DNA of 64,000 nt from Thermoanaerobaculia bacterium (GCA_035629395.1 DASPHZ010000002.1:69423-133422); one strand, 5' to 3'; positions 11,966 to 22,227 are shown, counted from the first letter of the stretch. Notes: generated by a model not told the origin, from the sequence alone. Numbers and translations are program-made.

Positions 11966-14238
11966 TGGGCCATCACGTCCAGTGCTTCTTCGCCGACGCC
12001 GCGCAGGACTTCGTCGATGGTGTCGCCGCCGAGGAGGAGGCCGAAGGCGGAGCGCCACATGCGGGCGAGCTCCTGTGCGGCGACGCGCACGAGCGGCACT
12101 CCATGGCGCTCGATGAGGAACATGCCGTGTGCCGTATGCCCGAGGCGCTGCGCTTTCACGCCGTGCTTCGCCGCCGCTTCGAGCACGCGCGCGGTCTCGG
12201 TCTTCGCGCACGCGACGACGGCGCGCGCCTGCGACTCGCTGAAGAGCAGGCCCGTCGCGTCGAGCTCGTCCGCGTGTCCGGCGAGATCGACGTGGCAGCC
12301 GATGCCGTCCATCGACATCTCCGCGAGCGCGACTCCGAGTCCGCCGTTGGCGATGTCGTGCGCCGCGCGCAGCGTGTGCGTGCCGTGCAGCTCGAGCAGC
12401 AGCTCGATGAGGGAGCGTTCGCGATCCAGATCGACGCGCGGCGGTACGGCGAGCGCGTTCGCGTCGTACATCTGCTGCCACTCGCTGCCGCCCATTTCGT
12501 CGCGCGTCTCGCCGAGGAGCACCACGTCGAGATCCGCGTCGGGGAAGGCCAGGCCGCAGCCGTCGCGATCGCTGTCGAGAATGCCGACCATGCCGACGGT
12601 CGGCGTCGGATAAATCGCGCGCCCTTCGGTCTCGTTGTAGAACGAGACGTTGCCGGAGACGACCGGCGTGTCGAGGGCGCGGCAGGCGTCGCTGATGCCG
12701 CGGATGCACTCCGCGAACTGCCACATGATGTCGGGGCGTTCGGGCGAGCCGAAATTGAGGCAGTCGGTGATCGCGACCGGGCGTCCACCCGATGCCGCGA
12801 CGTTGCGCGCCGCTTCCGCGACGGCCTGTTTGCCGCCCTCGTACGGATCGAGGTAGCAGTAGACGGGATTCACGTCCGAGGTCATGGCGAGGGCGCGGCC
12901 GGTCTCTTTGACGCGGACGACCGCGGCGTCGCGTTTCTCCGGCCCGGCGATCGTGTTCGTGCGCACGGTCGTGTCGTACTGGCCGAAGATCCAATGCTTC
13001 GAGCAGAGGTTCGGCGAGGCCAGGAGGCGCATCAACGTCTCGGTGCGATCGCCGTCCTGTTCCTGGTTGCGCGCGAGCACGGGCGCGAGCTGATCGGCGT
13101 AATCCGGACGCGCGAGGGGACGTTCGTACAGCGGCGCTTCGGTGGAGATGGGCTCGACGGGAATCGCGGCCACTTCCTCGCCGTGCCACATGAGGCGCAC
13201 GAAGCCGTCGTCCGTCACTTCGCCGACGACGGCGGCGTTGAGATCCCAGCGCTCGAACGTGCGCACGACGTCTTCTTCGCGGCCCTGTTTCGCGACGATG
13301 AGCATGCGCTCCTGCGATTCGCTGAGCATGATCTCGTACGGCGTCATGCCGCTCTCGCGCATCGGCACGCGGTCGAGGTGCATGCGCACGCCGGTGCCCG
13401 CGCGGCCGGCCATCTCGAACGAGGAGGACGTGAGTCCCGCCGCGCCCATGTCCTGGATGCCGACGACCGCATCCGAGTCCATGATCTCGAGACATGCTTC
13501 GAGCAGCAGTTTTTCGGTGAACGGGTCGCCGACCTGCACGGTCGGGCGTTTCTCCTCGGAGGCCTCGTCGAATTCCGCGGAGGCCATGGTCGCGCCGTGG
13601 ATGCCGTCGCGGCCCGTCTTCGAGCCGACGTAGATCACGGGATTGCCGACGCCGCTCGCGGTGCCTTTGAAGATCTTCTCGCGCTTCGTGACGCCGAGGG
13701 AGAAGACGTTGCAGAGAATGTTGCCGTTGTAAGAGGGGTGGAACGAGGTCTCGCCGCCGACGGTGGGGATGCCGATGCAGTTGCCGTAGCCGCTGATGCC
13801 GCGCACGACCCCGTCGACGAGGTACTTCATGCGCGGCGCGTCGAGCTCTCCGAAGCGCAGCGAATCGAGCGATGCGATCGGGCGCGCGCCCATGGTGAAG
13901 ATGTCGCGAAGGATGCCGCCGACGCCGGTCGCCGCGCCCTGGTACGGCTCGATGAACGACGGGTGGTTGTGCGACTCCATCTTGAACGCGGCCACCCACC
14001 CATCGCCGATGTCGATCACGCCCGCGTTCTCGCCGGGCCCCTGCACCACGCGCGGCCCCGACGTGGGGAACTTGCGCAGGTGCACGCGCGACGATTTGTA
14101 CGAACAATGCTCCGACCACATCACCGAAAAGATCCCCAGCTCCGTGTAGTTCGGCTCGCGCCCGAGGATCTGCAGGATGCGCTGGTATTCGTCTTCGGTG
14201 ATGCCGTGGGAGCGGACGAGGGCGGGGGTGATCTGCAT
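11962..14238 (-). CDS. purL: phosphoribosylformylglycinamidine synthase subunit PurL
   Basis: 758 aa. AIR-synthase-related tandem domains. Conserved SHNHPS, GGETSF and DMGAAGL motifs. Confidence 0.95.
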   Translation of the reverse strand: MQITPALVRSHGITEDEYQRILQILGREPNYTELGIFSVMWSEHCSYKSSRVHLRKFPTSGPRVVQGPGENAGVIDIGDGWVAAFKMESHNHPSFIEPYQGAATGVGGILRDIFTMGARPIASLDSLRFGELDAPRMKYLVDGVVRGISGYGNCIGIPTVGGETSFHPSYNGNILCNVFSLGVTKREKIFKGTASGVGNPVIYVGSKTGRDGIHGATMASAEFDEASEEKRPTVQVGDPFTEKLLLEACLEIMDSDAVVGIQDMGAAGLTSSSFEMAGRAGTGVRMHLDRVPMRESGMTPYEIMLSESQERMLIVAKQGREEDVVRTFERWDLNAAVVGEVTDDGFVRLMWHGEEVAAIPVEPISTEAPLYERPLARPDYADQLAPVLARNQEQDGDRTETLMRLLASPNLCSKHWIFGQYDTTVRTNTIAGPEKRDAAVVRVKETGRALAMTSDVNPVYCYLDPYEGGKQAVAEAARNVAASGGRPVAITDCLNFGSPERPDIMWQFAECIRGISDACRALDTPVVSGNVSFYNETEGRAIYPTPTVGMVGILDSDRDGCGLAFPDADLDVVLLGETRDEMGGSEWQQMYDANALAVPPRVDLDRERSLIELLLELHGTHTLRAAHDIANGGLGVALAEMSMDGIGCHVDLAGHADELDATGLLFSESQARAVVACAKTETARVLEAAAKHGVKAQRLGHTAHGMFLIERHGVPLVRVAAQELARMWRSAFGLLLGGDTIDEVLRGVGEEALDVMAH

Positions 14239-14257
14239 GGAGGGGATTCTAGCTGGG

Positions 14258-14365
14258 GGAGGAGCTATAGAGCTGTAGAGCGTTAGAGCCGTAGAGGGGT
14301 GCTCCCCTTCCCCTTTACCGCTCTACAGCTTTACCGCTCTACCGCTCTACCGCTCAACAGCTCCC
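14258..14365. repeat. Inverted array of phased octamer repeats (unit GAGCTGTA / TACAGCTC and variant TACCGCTC), family A copy 1, in the purL/oxidoreductase divergent region
   Basis: Reads gagctata-gagctgta-gagcgtta-gagccgta-gagg | gtgctcccc | ...taccgctc-tacagctt-taccgctc x3-aacagctc. Confidence 0.8.
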
Positions 14366-14416
14366 CCCTGTCACACTCCCCCTCCCTCGCTCGTCCTTAC
14401 TCGCCAGGAGGCACAC

Positions 14417-15442
14417 ATGCACGAATCCATCATCATTCTTGGGGGCGGTTACGGCGGGGTCATGGCGGCGGCGCGGTTGGCGCGGCGCGGGATTCCGGTG
14501 ACGCTCGTCGACGCGCGGCCGGCGTTCGTGGAGCGCATCCGGCTGCATCAGGTGGCGGCGGGCGACGACGTCGCGCCGGTGCCGTATGCGCGGATGTTTC
14601 GGAACCTGCCGGTCGCGTTCGTCCAGGCGCGCGTCGAGCGGATCGATCGCGTGAACAAGCGCGTGATCACGAGCGAAGGGGAGCTGCGGTACGACAAGCT
14701 GGTTTACGCTCTCGGCAGTGAGGAGACGGGATTGAACCCGATCGCGATCCGCGAGCGGCTGAAAACGGCGAAGAACATGATCGTCGTCGGCGGCGGGCTG
14801 ACCGGCATCGAGACCGCGAGCGAAGTCGCGGAGCGCCATCCGCACGTGCAGGTCACGCTCGTCGACAGCGGGACGCTCGGCAAGGGACTTTCGCCGCGCG
14901 CGCAGCGGCATCTGCGGACGTGGTTCGACGCACACAATGTCACGGTGATCGAAAACCATCGCATCGCCCAAGATGCGCATCTCGCAGCGGACATCGTCGT
15001 CTGGTGCACGTCGTTCACGCTCTCGCCGATCGCGCGCGACGCGGGACTGCACGTCAACGCGCGCGGACAGATCGTCGTCGACGATCGCCTGCGCTCGTCC
15101 GATCCGTCGATCTTCGCGGTCGGCGATGCGGCGGCGTGCCGCGACTACCGCATGTCGTGCGCGCTCGCGCTGCCGATGGGCGCGCACGTCGCGGACACGA
15201 TCGCGGGGATCGCGCGCGAGCCGTTCCGTTTCGGTTTCGCCATCCAGTGCATCTCCCTCGGACGCCACGACGGCATCATTCAGCTCGTGAACGCCGACGA
15301 TTCGCCGAAAGAGATGGCCATCACCGGACGCCCCGGCGCGTGGATCAAGGAGCTGGTCTGCCGTTACGCGGCCGGATCGCTCAAGCTCGAAGCGCGCGGC
15401 TTCCGCTATCACTGGCCGCAGCCGGAGCAGGAGGCGGCGTGA
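14417..15442 (+). CDS. NAD(P)/FAD-dependent oxidoreductase (pyridine nucleotide-disulfide / NDH-2-like)
   Basis: N-terminal IIILGGGYGGVMAAARL Rossmann motif. Second dinucleotide motif MIVVGGGLTGIE. FAVGDAA near the C-terminus. Confidence 0.8.
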   Translation: MHESIIILGGGYGGVMAAARLARRGIPVTLVDARPAFVERIRLHQVAAGDDVAPVPYARMFRNLPVAFVQARVERIDRVNKRVITSEGELRYDKLVYALGSEETGLNPIAIRERLKTAKNMIVVGGGLTGIETASEVAERHPHVQVTLVDSGTLGKGLSPRAQRHLRTWFDAHNVTVIENHRIAQDAHLAADIVVWCTSFTLSPIARDAGLHVNARGQIVVDDRLRSSDPSIFAVGDAAACRDYRMSCALALPMGAHVADTIAGIAREPFRFGFAIQCISLGRHDGIIQLVNADDSPKEMAITGRPGAWIKELVCRYAAGSLKLEARGFRYHWPQPEQEAA

Positions 15443-16311
15443 ACGAGTTCGAGGCGTATCGCGCGCTGCTGTTTTCGATCGCATACCGGATGACCGGCAG
15501 CGCGGCCGATGCGGAGGATCTCGTGCAGGACGCGTACGTGCGATACGCGTCCACCGACACCGAGGTCGTGCGGGACGTGAAGGCGTTCCTCGTCACCGTC
15601 CTCACGCGCCTCGCGCTCGACCGGTTGAAGTCCGCGCAGAAGCAGCGCGAGGAGTACATCGGTCCGTGGCTGCCGGAGCCCGTCTTCACCGGCATCGACG
15701 GCGATCCCTACGCGCGCGCCACACGCGACGAGAAGGTGGAGATGGCGCTGCTGCGCGCACTGGAACGACTATCGCCGACCGAACGCGCGGTGCTGCTGTT
15801 GTACGAGGTGCTCGAGCATGACCACAACGAGATCGCGGAACTGCTCGAGATCACACCCGCGGCATCGCGGCAGACCCTGCATCGGGCGAAGGAGCGCGTG
15901 GCGGCGGAGAAGCGCCGCTTCACGCCTCCCGTCGAAGAACAGCGCCGCTTGATCGAAGGATTCATCGGTGCGGTGGCGAAAGGCGACGTCGACGGGTTGC
16001 GCAGCATGCTCGCCGCGGACGTCGTGTCGATTGCCGACGGCGGCGCGAAGTCGTTCGCGGCCAAGCGGCCGATTCACGGCGCGGATGCGGTGGCGAAGAT
16101 GTGGGTCGGCATCGCCCAGAAGTTCGGCACCGGGTTCTCCGTCTCGATCGAAGAAGTCAACGGCGCGCTCGCGCTCGTCGGACGCCGCGATGGTGCCATC
16201 GGCAGCATTCTGTCGTTCGCGTTCGAGGGCGACCGCATCGCGGAGCTGGTGAGCTTCGTCAATCCCGACAAGCTGGCGTTCGCGCAGCGGCAGACTACTG
16301 CGCCGCGTTGA
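15439..16311 (+). CDS. RNA polymerase ECF sigma factor, SigJ type (sigma2/sigma4 plus a C-terminal SnoaL-like domain)
   Basis: Starts VNEFEAYRALLFSIAYRMTGSAADAEDLVQDAYVRY. GTG start overlaps the upstream stop (GTGA) and is preceded by AGGAGG. Confidence 0.8.
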   Translation: MNEFEAYRALLFSIAYRMTGSAADAEDLVQDAYVRYASTDTEVVRDVKAFLVTVLTRLALDRLKSAQKQREEYIGPWLPEPVFTGIDGDPYARATRDEKVEMALLRALERLSPTERAVLLLYEVLEHDHNEIAELLEITPAASRQTLHRAKERVAAEKRRFTPPVEEQRRLIEGFIGAVAKGDVDGLRSMLAADVVSIADGGAKSFAAKRPIHGADAVAKMWVGIAQKFGTGFSVSIEEVNGALALVGRRDGAIGSILSFAFEGDRIAELVSFVNPDKLAFAQRQTTAPR

Positions 16312-17020
16312 GGCGCTGCAGAAAAGCCTGGATGCCGCCGAGGTCCGCATCCGCCTCGGCCGCAACGCCCGCCGTCGCTTCGCGCACGAGATTGGCGAAG
16401 ATCTCCTCGCGCGTCATCACCGTCTCGTTCCACCAGAGCGGATGGATGAGGAGCTGGCTGCGCGGATGGGTACGGAAGAACGCGTCGACGTCGGGGGCGC
16501 CGAAGCGCATGCGGCTGTCGCTGAGGTACGCGATGTCTTCGAAGAACGCGGCGCTGTACGCGTCGCGATATTCGGCGAGCCGCGGCCGGATCTTGCTCGT
16601 CGACGGTTTGTGTTGCGCGATGGAGGTGAACGGCGCGCCGACGTACAGCTCGAGGAGCTGGATCGACACGCGCACGCGCTCCTGCATCTGCGCTTCCGAC
16701 AGCCCTTCGAAATACGAGCAGTCGTAGTGCAGGCCGAGCTCGTGCCCCATGGCCGCCATCTCCTGCAGCGCGCGGATGTTCTCCGGCGTCAGCGGGTTGT
16801 AGTACGGCGCGGTGAGGAGGACGAAGAACGTCGCGCGCGTACCGCCCTCGACGTCGAGCTTCGCCATCTCCAGCGCCTTCTGCACCGAGAAGTCGATGTC
16901 GTGGCGCAGGATCACCGCCGGGCCGGATTCGGGGAAATCGCGGAGCGGACCGACTTTGTAGCCGAGGTCCTGAATGCTGCGGAGCAGGCGGAGATACCCG
17001 GCGTGTGTGAAGTCGGTCAT
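16295..17020 (-). CDS. polysaccharide deacetylase family protein
   Basis: HDIDF motif and NodB-like histidine pattern. 241 aa. Confidence 0.7.
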   Translation of the reverse strand: MTDFTHAGYLRLLRSIQDLGYKVGPLRDFPESGPAVILRHDIDFSVQKALEMAKLDVEGGTRATFFVLLTAPYYNPLTPENIRALQEMAAMGHELGLHYDCSYFEGLSEAQMQERVRVSIQLLELYVGAPFTSIAQHKPSTSKIRPRLAEYRDAYSAAFFEDIAYLSDSRMRFGAPDVDAFFRTHPRSQLLIHPLWWNETVMTREEIFANLVREATAGVAAEADADLGGIQAFLQRLNAAQ

Positions 17021-18093
17021 CGCGCGCGCATTCTCTGCAGGCGCTCGAGGTTTTTCAAGGGCAGCGTGCGGAACGGCTTGTCGGTGAAGATGCGGATCGC
17101 ACGGCGCCGCAGGTAGTCGCGGAAATCTTCGGCGAACGGCGACAGAGAGCCTTCCACCGTCGCGGCGTCGAGGTTGAAGTAGACGTCGCCGAACGCGATC
17201 CCGAGCTCGTCTCTTTTCACGATGTCGATGGCGACGTCGGAGTCATTCCAGCGCGCCACGTAACGCCCTTCCTTCGACACGACCTCGAGGCCTTTCGACG
17301 GCAGCGTGGTGAGGTAGTCCTCGATGATGTCGACGGCGAGGCGCTCTTTCTTGTCGCGCGTCATCGGGCGCGGATAGCTGCCCGGCTCTCCCTTGATCTC
17401 CGCGGGCACGCCGGCGGCGAGGGTGTGCGGCGGGATGTCGCGCGTGACGAGCGAGCACGCGCCGACGGTGCTGTAGTCGTGGATCGTCACGCCCGGCATG
17501 ACCGACGATTTCAGGTAGACGACGACGTAATCGCCGATCGTGATCGGTGCGAATTTCGTCGGATAGCCCATCATCGACGGCTGCCACGCGGCGTGGGTGA
17601 GGAGGCAGACGTCGGTGCTGAGCGCGCTGCCGTTGCCGAGCGTCACGGTCTCGGAGAGGTTGATGTAGCAGCCGTCGAACACCGACGTGTGATCGCCGAT
17701 GAGGAGGTACGAGCGCGGTCCTCGCGCGCCGCCGCCGCCGACGACGACGTTGTCTTTCAGCCAGAGAAACTCGCCGGCGCGCATGCCCTGCCCCGCGATG
17801 GCGACGTTGTTGCCGACGACGGAGAAGCGTCCGATGCGGAAGTACTCGTTCATCTCGGCGGACGTGTTGGAGCCGATGCTGCTGCCTTCGCCGAGCTCGA
17901 TCTCCGGTGCGAGCATCGTCGTGTTCGCGCCGATCTTCGCGTTCGCGCCGAGGATGAGGCGGTCGCAGGTGATCTGCACGTTGGGGCCGATGCGGACGCC
18001 GCCGGCGATGGAGACTTCGTCCGCTGTGATGACGCTGCCGGGGCCGAGCTCGACGCCGGCAGCGACGTTGGAGACACGCGCGTGAATCTGCAT
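17017..18093 (-). CDS. hexapeptide-repeat (LbH) acyl/acetyltransferase
   Basis: Many [LIV]G-x4 hexapeptide repeats. Real start is MQIHARVSNV at 18093, immediately after the tsaE stop; the 5' extension to 18252 is spurious. Confidence 0.75.
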   Translation of the reverse strand: MQIHARVSNVAAGVELGPGSVITADEVSIAGGVRIGPNVQITCDRLILGANAKIGANTTMLAPEIELGEGSSIGSNTSAEMNEYFRIGRFSVVGNNVAIAGQGMRAGEFLWLKDNVVVGGGGARGPRSYLLIGDHTSVFDGCYINLSETVTLGNGSALSTDVCLLTHAAWQPSMMGYPTKFAPITIGDYVVVYLKSSVMPGVTIHDYSTVGACSLVTRDIPPHTLAAGVPAEIKGEPGSYPRPMTRDKKERLAVDIIEDYLTTLPSKGLEVVSKEGRYVARWNDSDVAIDIVKRDELGIAFGDVYFNLDAATVEGSLSPFAEDFRDYLRRRAIRIFTDKPFRTLPLKNLERLQRMRAR

Positions 18094-18098
18094 GGGCG

Positions 18099-18518
18099 TC
18101 ACTTTACGTGAATCTCGCGAGCGCCGTCCTCGCGGACCGAGATCGTGATGTCGACGTGCGACTCCTCGAATTCGCGGAACGCTTCCTTCGGCCATTCGAT
18201 GAGCTTCACGCCGGGGCCGGAGAGGAGTTCGGGGATGCCGATCTCCAGCCATTCGCGGCGGTTTTCGGAGAGGCGGTAGCCGTCGATGTGAATGACCGGC
18301 GCGCCGTCCGCGCGCGGGTATTCGTGCACGATGGCGAACGAGGGCGAGGCGACGTCGCTCGGATTCGCGCCGAGCTCGGAGGCCATGGCGCGCGCGAGGA
18401 ATGTCTTGCCCGCGCCGAGGTCGCCGATGAGGTGGACGACGGCATCGGGGACGAGGGAGCGTGCGATCTCACGACCCGCGCGCTCGGTGTCGGCTTCGGT
18501 GAGGCAGAGGAAGTTCAT
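18099..18518 (-). CDS. tsaE: tRNA threonylcarbamoyladenosine biosynthesis ATPase TsaE
   Basis: Walker A HLIGDLGAGKTFLARAM in the family context. ~139 aa. Confidence 0.8.
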   Translation of the reverse strand: MNFLCLTEADTERAGREIARSLVPDAVVHLIGDLGAGKTFLARAMASELGANPSDVASPSFAIVHEYPRADGAPVIHIDGYRLSENRREWLEIGIPELLSGPGVKLIEWPKEAFREFEESHVDITISVREDGAREIHVK

Positions 18519-19255
18519 AGGCGGCGACGCATTGTAGCGGCGAGAATTCAAGGACTGAGCGTCGCGTTGGCGTACACGGCCGTGCCTTGCGTCATCTGAA
18601 AGGTGACGGTACAGTTTCTGCGACTGTTTTCATCATGATCGAGCCCGATCGCTGCCGGCCTGAAGAAAGCTGCCAAGAGCGTAAAAAGAAAAACCGCGCG
18701 CGTGGTGACGGTCGTGTCGAAGCGCTTCAATAAAAGCGCGCAGGTCACGGTCGGAAAGAGCGTGAGCGGGAATCTGCGGCAGACGGCCGGCACTGCCGAA
18801 GAAAAGCTCGTTCAGATCGCGGAGAACAGTCTCGGTCTGGTACAGGCGTCGACGAAGCTTTCGATGCCGCCGTCGGAGATTACACGCCGAGTGCGAAGGC
18901 GGCAGTTGTACGGGTTCCGTGCAACCGCCTCCTGCTGCTCCCGAATTTTCAGTTCAGCGGCAGCCGGGTCGTACGCGGCATCGAGCAGGTCGTTCCGCAG
19001 CTCGATCCGCGGCTGCATCCCATCGAGGTCGTGAACTGGTTCACGAATCGTCATACGGACCTCGTACTGGACGGCGACCTGGTCTCGCCTTTGGCCTGGT
19101 TGAAAGCCGGCCACGACGTGCAGAAGGTGGCGGAACTGGCGAAAGAAGTGGGAGGCGCTCCAATCAGAGACCGCTCCCCACGCTGCACGCGCCGCTGACT
19201 GACCCGCGCATCGCATCACTGCTCGCCGGCGTCGCAACTGACATCGGTTACGACC

Positions 19256-20755
19256 TCATTTGACGCGCACCCGCTGAATGGCGTGAGGGATTTTCTCGGC
19301 GACGTCCATGGCCGCGAGGCCGGTGTCGCCGAGTTCGTCGCGCACGAGATCGCCCGCGAGGCCGTGCAGGTAGACCGCGGCGCAGGCGGCGTCGAGCGGG
19401 TCGGTGCCGCGGGCGAGCAGCGCGGCGATGATGCCGGAGAGGACGTCGCCCATGCCGCCGCTGGCCATGCCGGGGTTGCCGGTGGGGTTCACGTACACGT
19501 GCTCGTCCGGTTCGGCGACGAGCGACTGGTGTCCCTTGAGCACGACCACGCAATTCGACACGCGCGCCGCTTCACGCGCGGCGGCGATGCGGTCCTGGTT
19601 GATCGCGCGCGCTTCGGTACCGAGCAATCGCGCGAGCTCGCCGGGATGCGGGGTGATCACGCGAGGGAGTCCGCGAGGATTGAGGTCCGCCATTCGTCCC
19701 GCGAAGGCGTTGAGCGCGGACGCGTCGATGATCGCGGGGAGGCCGATCGCGGCGACGACGGCGCGCGTGTTCTCGTATGCGCGCTCGTCGTCCGGCAGAC
19801 CCGGTCCGATCAGCACCGCGGATTTGCTGGCGAGGAATTCGTGAACGTCGTCCCCGGAGTACGTCATCGATTCGATCGACGCCGCGTGCACGAGCTTCGC
19901 GGTGTCGGCATCGGTCATCACCGAAACGAGCCCGGCACCCGTGCGAAGCGCGCCGCGTGCGGCCATCACGGCCGCACCGCTGCGTCCCGGCGAGCCGGCG
20001 ATGATGGCCACGTGTCCGTACGTCCCTTTGTGCGTGGCCGCGAGTCGTGGCGCGACGTGCGGCGCCACGTCCTTCGGCGTGATCATCGCCAGCGTCACCA
20101 GCTCTTCGTCGATGGCGATCTCCGGGATGGAGATGTCGGCGACGATCACTTCGCCGCAGTACAGCGCCCCCGGCTCGAACACATGGCAGACCTTCGGCGC
20201 CGCAAACGTCACCGTCACCTCGGCCTGCACGCACGGGTCGAACGGCACAGGCCACGACGCGTTCGCGCCGCTCGGCAGGTCGACGGCAAGGACAGGGATG
20301 CGCAGCTCCGCCATTCCGCGAATCACGTCCGCATGAATGCCGGAAGGAGGGCGATTGAGGCCGGTGCCGAAGATGGCGTCGACGAGCAGGTCCGCATCGG
20401 CCGCATGCGCGAGCGCGGTGTCCGCGTCGTCACCGGAGTAGATGGGGATGCCGAGGCGCTCGCAGATGTCGAGATTCGTCCGGGCGTCGCCGCGGACGGC
20501 GTTGCGGTCGCCGACGATCACGACGACGGGCACGACGCCGCGATTTTCGAGATGCCGCGCCACCGCGAAGCCGTCGCCGCCGTTCTGTCCCACACCGCAG
20601 AAGATGGCCACGCGCTCGCTTTCGGGGTAGCGCTCGAAGATCGCCTCGACCACGGCGATGGCGGCGTTCTCCATCAGCACGATCGACGGGACGCCGAAGC
20701 GTTCAGTGGTGCGGTGATCGATGCTGCGCATCTGCTCGGCGCTCAGGATCTTCAT
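19256..20755 (-). CDS. nnr: bifunctional NAD(P)H-hydrate epimerase / ADP-dependent dehydratase Nnr
   Basis: YjeF-N domain (GVGQNGGDGF) plus YjeF-C carbohydrate-kinase domain (GPGLP...GNPGMASGGMGDVLSG). Start MKILSAEQ overlaps the upstream stop (ATGA). Confidence 0.9.
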   Translation of the reverse strand: MKILSAEQMRSIDHRTTERFGVPSIVLMENAAIAVVEAIFERYPESERVAIFCGVGQNGGDGFAVARHLENRGVVPVVVIVGDRNAVRGDARTNLDICERLGIPIYSGDDADTALAHAADADLLVDAIFGTGLNRPPSGIHADVIRGMAELRIPVLAVDLPSGANASWPVPFDPCVQAEVTVTFAAPKVCHVFEPGALYCGEVIVADISIPEIAIDEELVTLAMITPKDVAPHVAPRLAATHKGTYGHVAIIAGSPGRSGAAVMAARGALRTGAGLVSVMTDADTAKLVHAASIESMTYSGDDVHEFLASKSAVLIGPGLPDDERAYENTRAVVAAIGLPAIIDASALNAFAGRMADLNPRGLPRVITPHPGELARLLGTEARAINQDRIAAAREAARVSNCVVVLKGHQSLVAEPDEHVYVNPTGNPGMASGGMGDVLSGIIAALLARGTDPLDAACAAVYLHGLAGDLVRDELGDTGLAAMDVAEKIPHAIQRVRVK

Positions 20756-21402
20756 GGCCTCCACCCCGTCGCCCGAGCATATCGCTCCAGATCCTCGGCC
20801 GTATCGACGTCCATTCTCTCCGGCAGCAGCGCGACCGTGCGGTTCATCGCGGCGATCTTCGCGAGCGTCGCGGGGAGCACGGAAGACGTGCCCCACTCGA
20901 TGTCCGCGAAGATGCTCGGATCGAAGGAGAGCGCGCGACAGCCGATGAGGTAGTAGCCGCCGTCGGCTGCCGGACCGAGGACGTATTCACACGAGTCGAG
21001 CAACGCGAACGCGTGATCGACGAGCTCGCGCGGCAGCGTCGGATCGTCGACGCCGATGGCGATGATCTTCTGCGTGCGATGGAAGAAGAAGCGCTCGGAG
21101 AAGGCCATCGCCAGACGGTCGCCGAGCGTCTCGCCCGTCTGCATGGCCACGCTGTGGTGGGCAAAGGCGCGCTGCAGCAGCTCGCCGTTCGCGTTCGGCG
21201 TGGGAGGCCAGAGGAACTCGATCTCGAGGCCAGGCGAGGACTCGCCGATGCCGCGCACGACGTCGCGCAGCATGGCCTCGTAGATGGTGAGCGCGCGCTC
21301 GTCGCCGAGGTCCGCGGCGAGCCGCGTCTTCACGCGTCCGAGCTCCGGCAGGCGTGCGAACACGAGCAGCCGTTGCGGGGGTGGTGGAACGGTGGCGAAC
21401 AC
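20752..21402 (-). CDS. DUF2064 / TIGR04282-like glycosyltransferase-fold (nucleotidyltransferase-like) protein
   Basis: Begins VFATVPPPPQRLLVFARLPELGRVKTRLA... and contains DGGYYLIG. GTG start. The ORF-track extension to 22176 overlaps the + strand DUF62 gene and is spurious. Confidence 0.6.
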   Translation of the reverse strand: MFATVPPPPQRLLVFARLPELGRVKTRLAADLGDERALTIYEAMLRDVVRGIGESSPGLEIEFLWPPTPNANGELLQRAFAHHSVAMQTGETLGDRLAMAFSERFFFHRTQKIIAIGVDDPTLPRELVDHAFALLDSCEYVLGPAADGGYYLIGCRALSFDPSIFADIEWGTSSVLPATLAKIAAMNRTVALLPERMDVDTAEDLERYARATGWRP

Positions 21403-21465
21403 GGGTCGCAGTTTATCCCCGTGGGCTCCGCGATCCCCCGTCCGCGTGCGGGATAAACTGAACGC

Positions 21466-22215
21466 GTGATCGCGCTCCTCACCGACTTCGGCACGCGCGA
21501 CCCGTACGTCGCGGCGATGAAGGGCGTGCTCGCGTCGCGCACGGACGTCGCCGTGCACGACCTCACGCACGACCTCCCTCCCTTCGACATCGTCGGCGCT
21601 GCCTGGTTCCTCGGCACCGCCGCGAAGTGGTGGCCGGCCGGCACGATCTTCGTGTGTGTCGTCGATCCGGGCGTCGGCACGTCGCGGCGCATCGTCGCGC
21701 TTGAAGAACACGGCCGCATCTACCTCGCTCCCGACAACGGCCTGCTCACGTTCGTGTGGAAAGAAGGGCGTGCGTATTCGGTGGAAAACGAAGCGTTGTT
21801 CCTTCCCGGCGGCAGCAACACGTTTCACGGACGCGATCGGTTCGCACCCGTCGCCGCGGCGATCGCGAACGGACTCGCATTGTGCGAAGTCGGCCCGCCG
21901 CTCGAACCTCTGACCACGCTCCGGTACGAGCCGCCGTCGTACGCCGACGTCGTGCGCGGCACCGTCGTGGCCATCGATCGCTTCGGCAACGCGATCACCG
22001 ACGTGGAAACGGCGAAGATCCCATTCGCACCGTTCGCGCTGCAGATTCGCGAGCTCACCATCGACCGCGTCGAACAGAACTACGGCGACGCGGCGCCGGG
22101 ACCGTTTCTCATCACCGGCTCGACCGGCTGCGTCGAAATTTCGCTGGCGCATGCGAGTGCAGCGGAACGGTTGCATCTGCGCCGGCTCGAACGCGTCACG
22201 TTGCGACCGCTATAA
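21466..22215 (+). CDS. SAM hydroxide adenosyltransferase family protein (DUF62, fluorinase/chlorinase-like SAM hydrolase)
   Basis: MIALLTDFGTRDPYVAAMKGV...VVDPGVGT...LAPDNGLL are hallmark DUF62 motifs. Confidence 0.8.
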   Translation: MIALLTDFGTRDPYVAAMKGVLASRTDVAVHDLTHDLPPFDIVGAAWFLGTAAKWWPAGTIFVCVVDPGVGTSRRIVALEEHGRIYLAPDNGLLTFVWKEGRAYSVENEALFLPGGSNTFHGRDRFAPVAAAIANGLALCEVGPPLEPLTTLRYEPPSYADVVRGTVVAIDRFGNAITDVETAKIPFAPFALQIRELTIDRVEQNYGDAAPGPFLITGSTGCVEISLAHASAAERLHLRRLERVTLRPL

Positions 22216-22227
22216 TCCGAGCGGTTC

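Noticed and set aside
11444-14286. 891-aa (-) and 847-aa (+) ORFs overlapping purL
   Set aside because: purL (11962..14238, -) is unambiguous. Only the 3'-terminal ~174 codons of the 891-aa frame (the GNAT gene) are real. The + strand ORF is a shadow.
18548-19034. Listed ORFs 18548..18793 (-) and 18702..19034 (+) in the tsaE-nnr spacer
   Set aside because: The translations are low-complexity and mutually overlapping, with no start context. Only the 19140..18812 minus frame has modest coding character, and it is reported as a low-confidence observation.
21440-21468. GGG(A/G)TAAACT motif ~10 nt upstream of the DUF62 start (and again at 28924 and 42270 as TAGCAT), suggesting leaderless transcripts with the -10 box abutting the start codon
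   Set aside because: Only 2-3 instances, poor -35 matches, and other genes here have clear Shine-Dalgarno sites. It cannot be distinguished from chance without TSS data.
20752-22176. 474-aa minus-strand ORF
   Set aside because: Only the distal 217 codons (the DUF2064 protein, GTG start at 21402) are plausible. The remainder is antisense to the well-supported DUF62 gene on the + strand.
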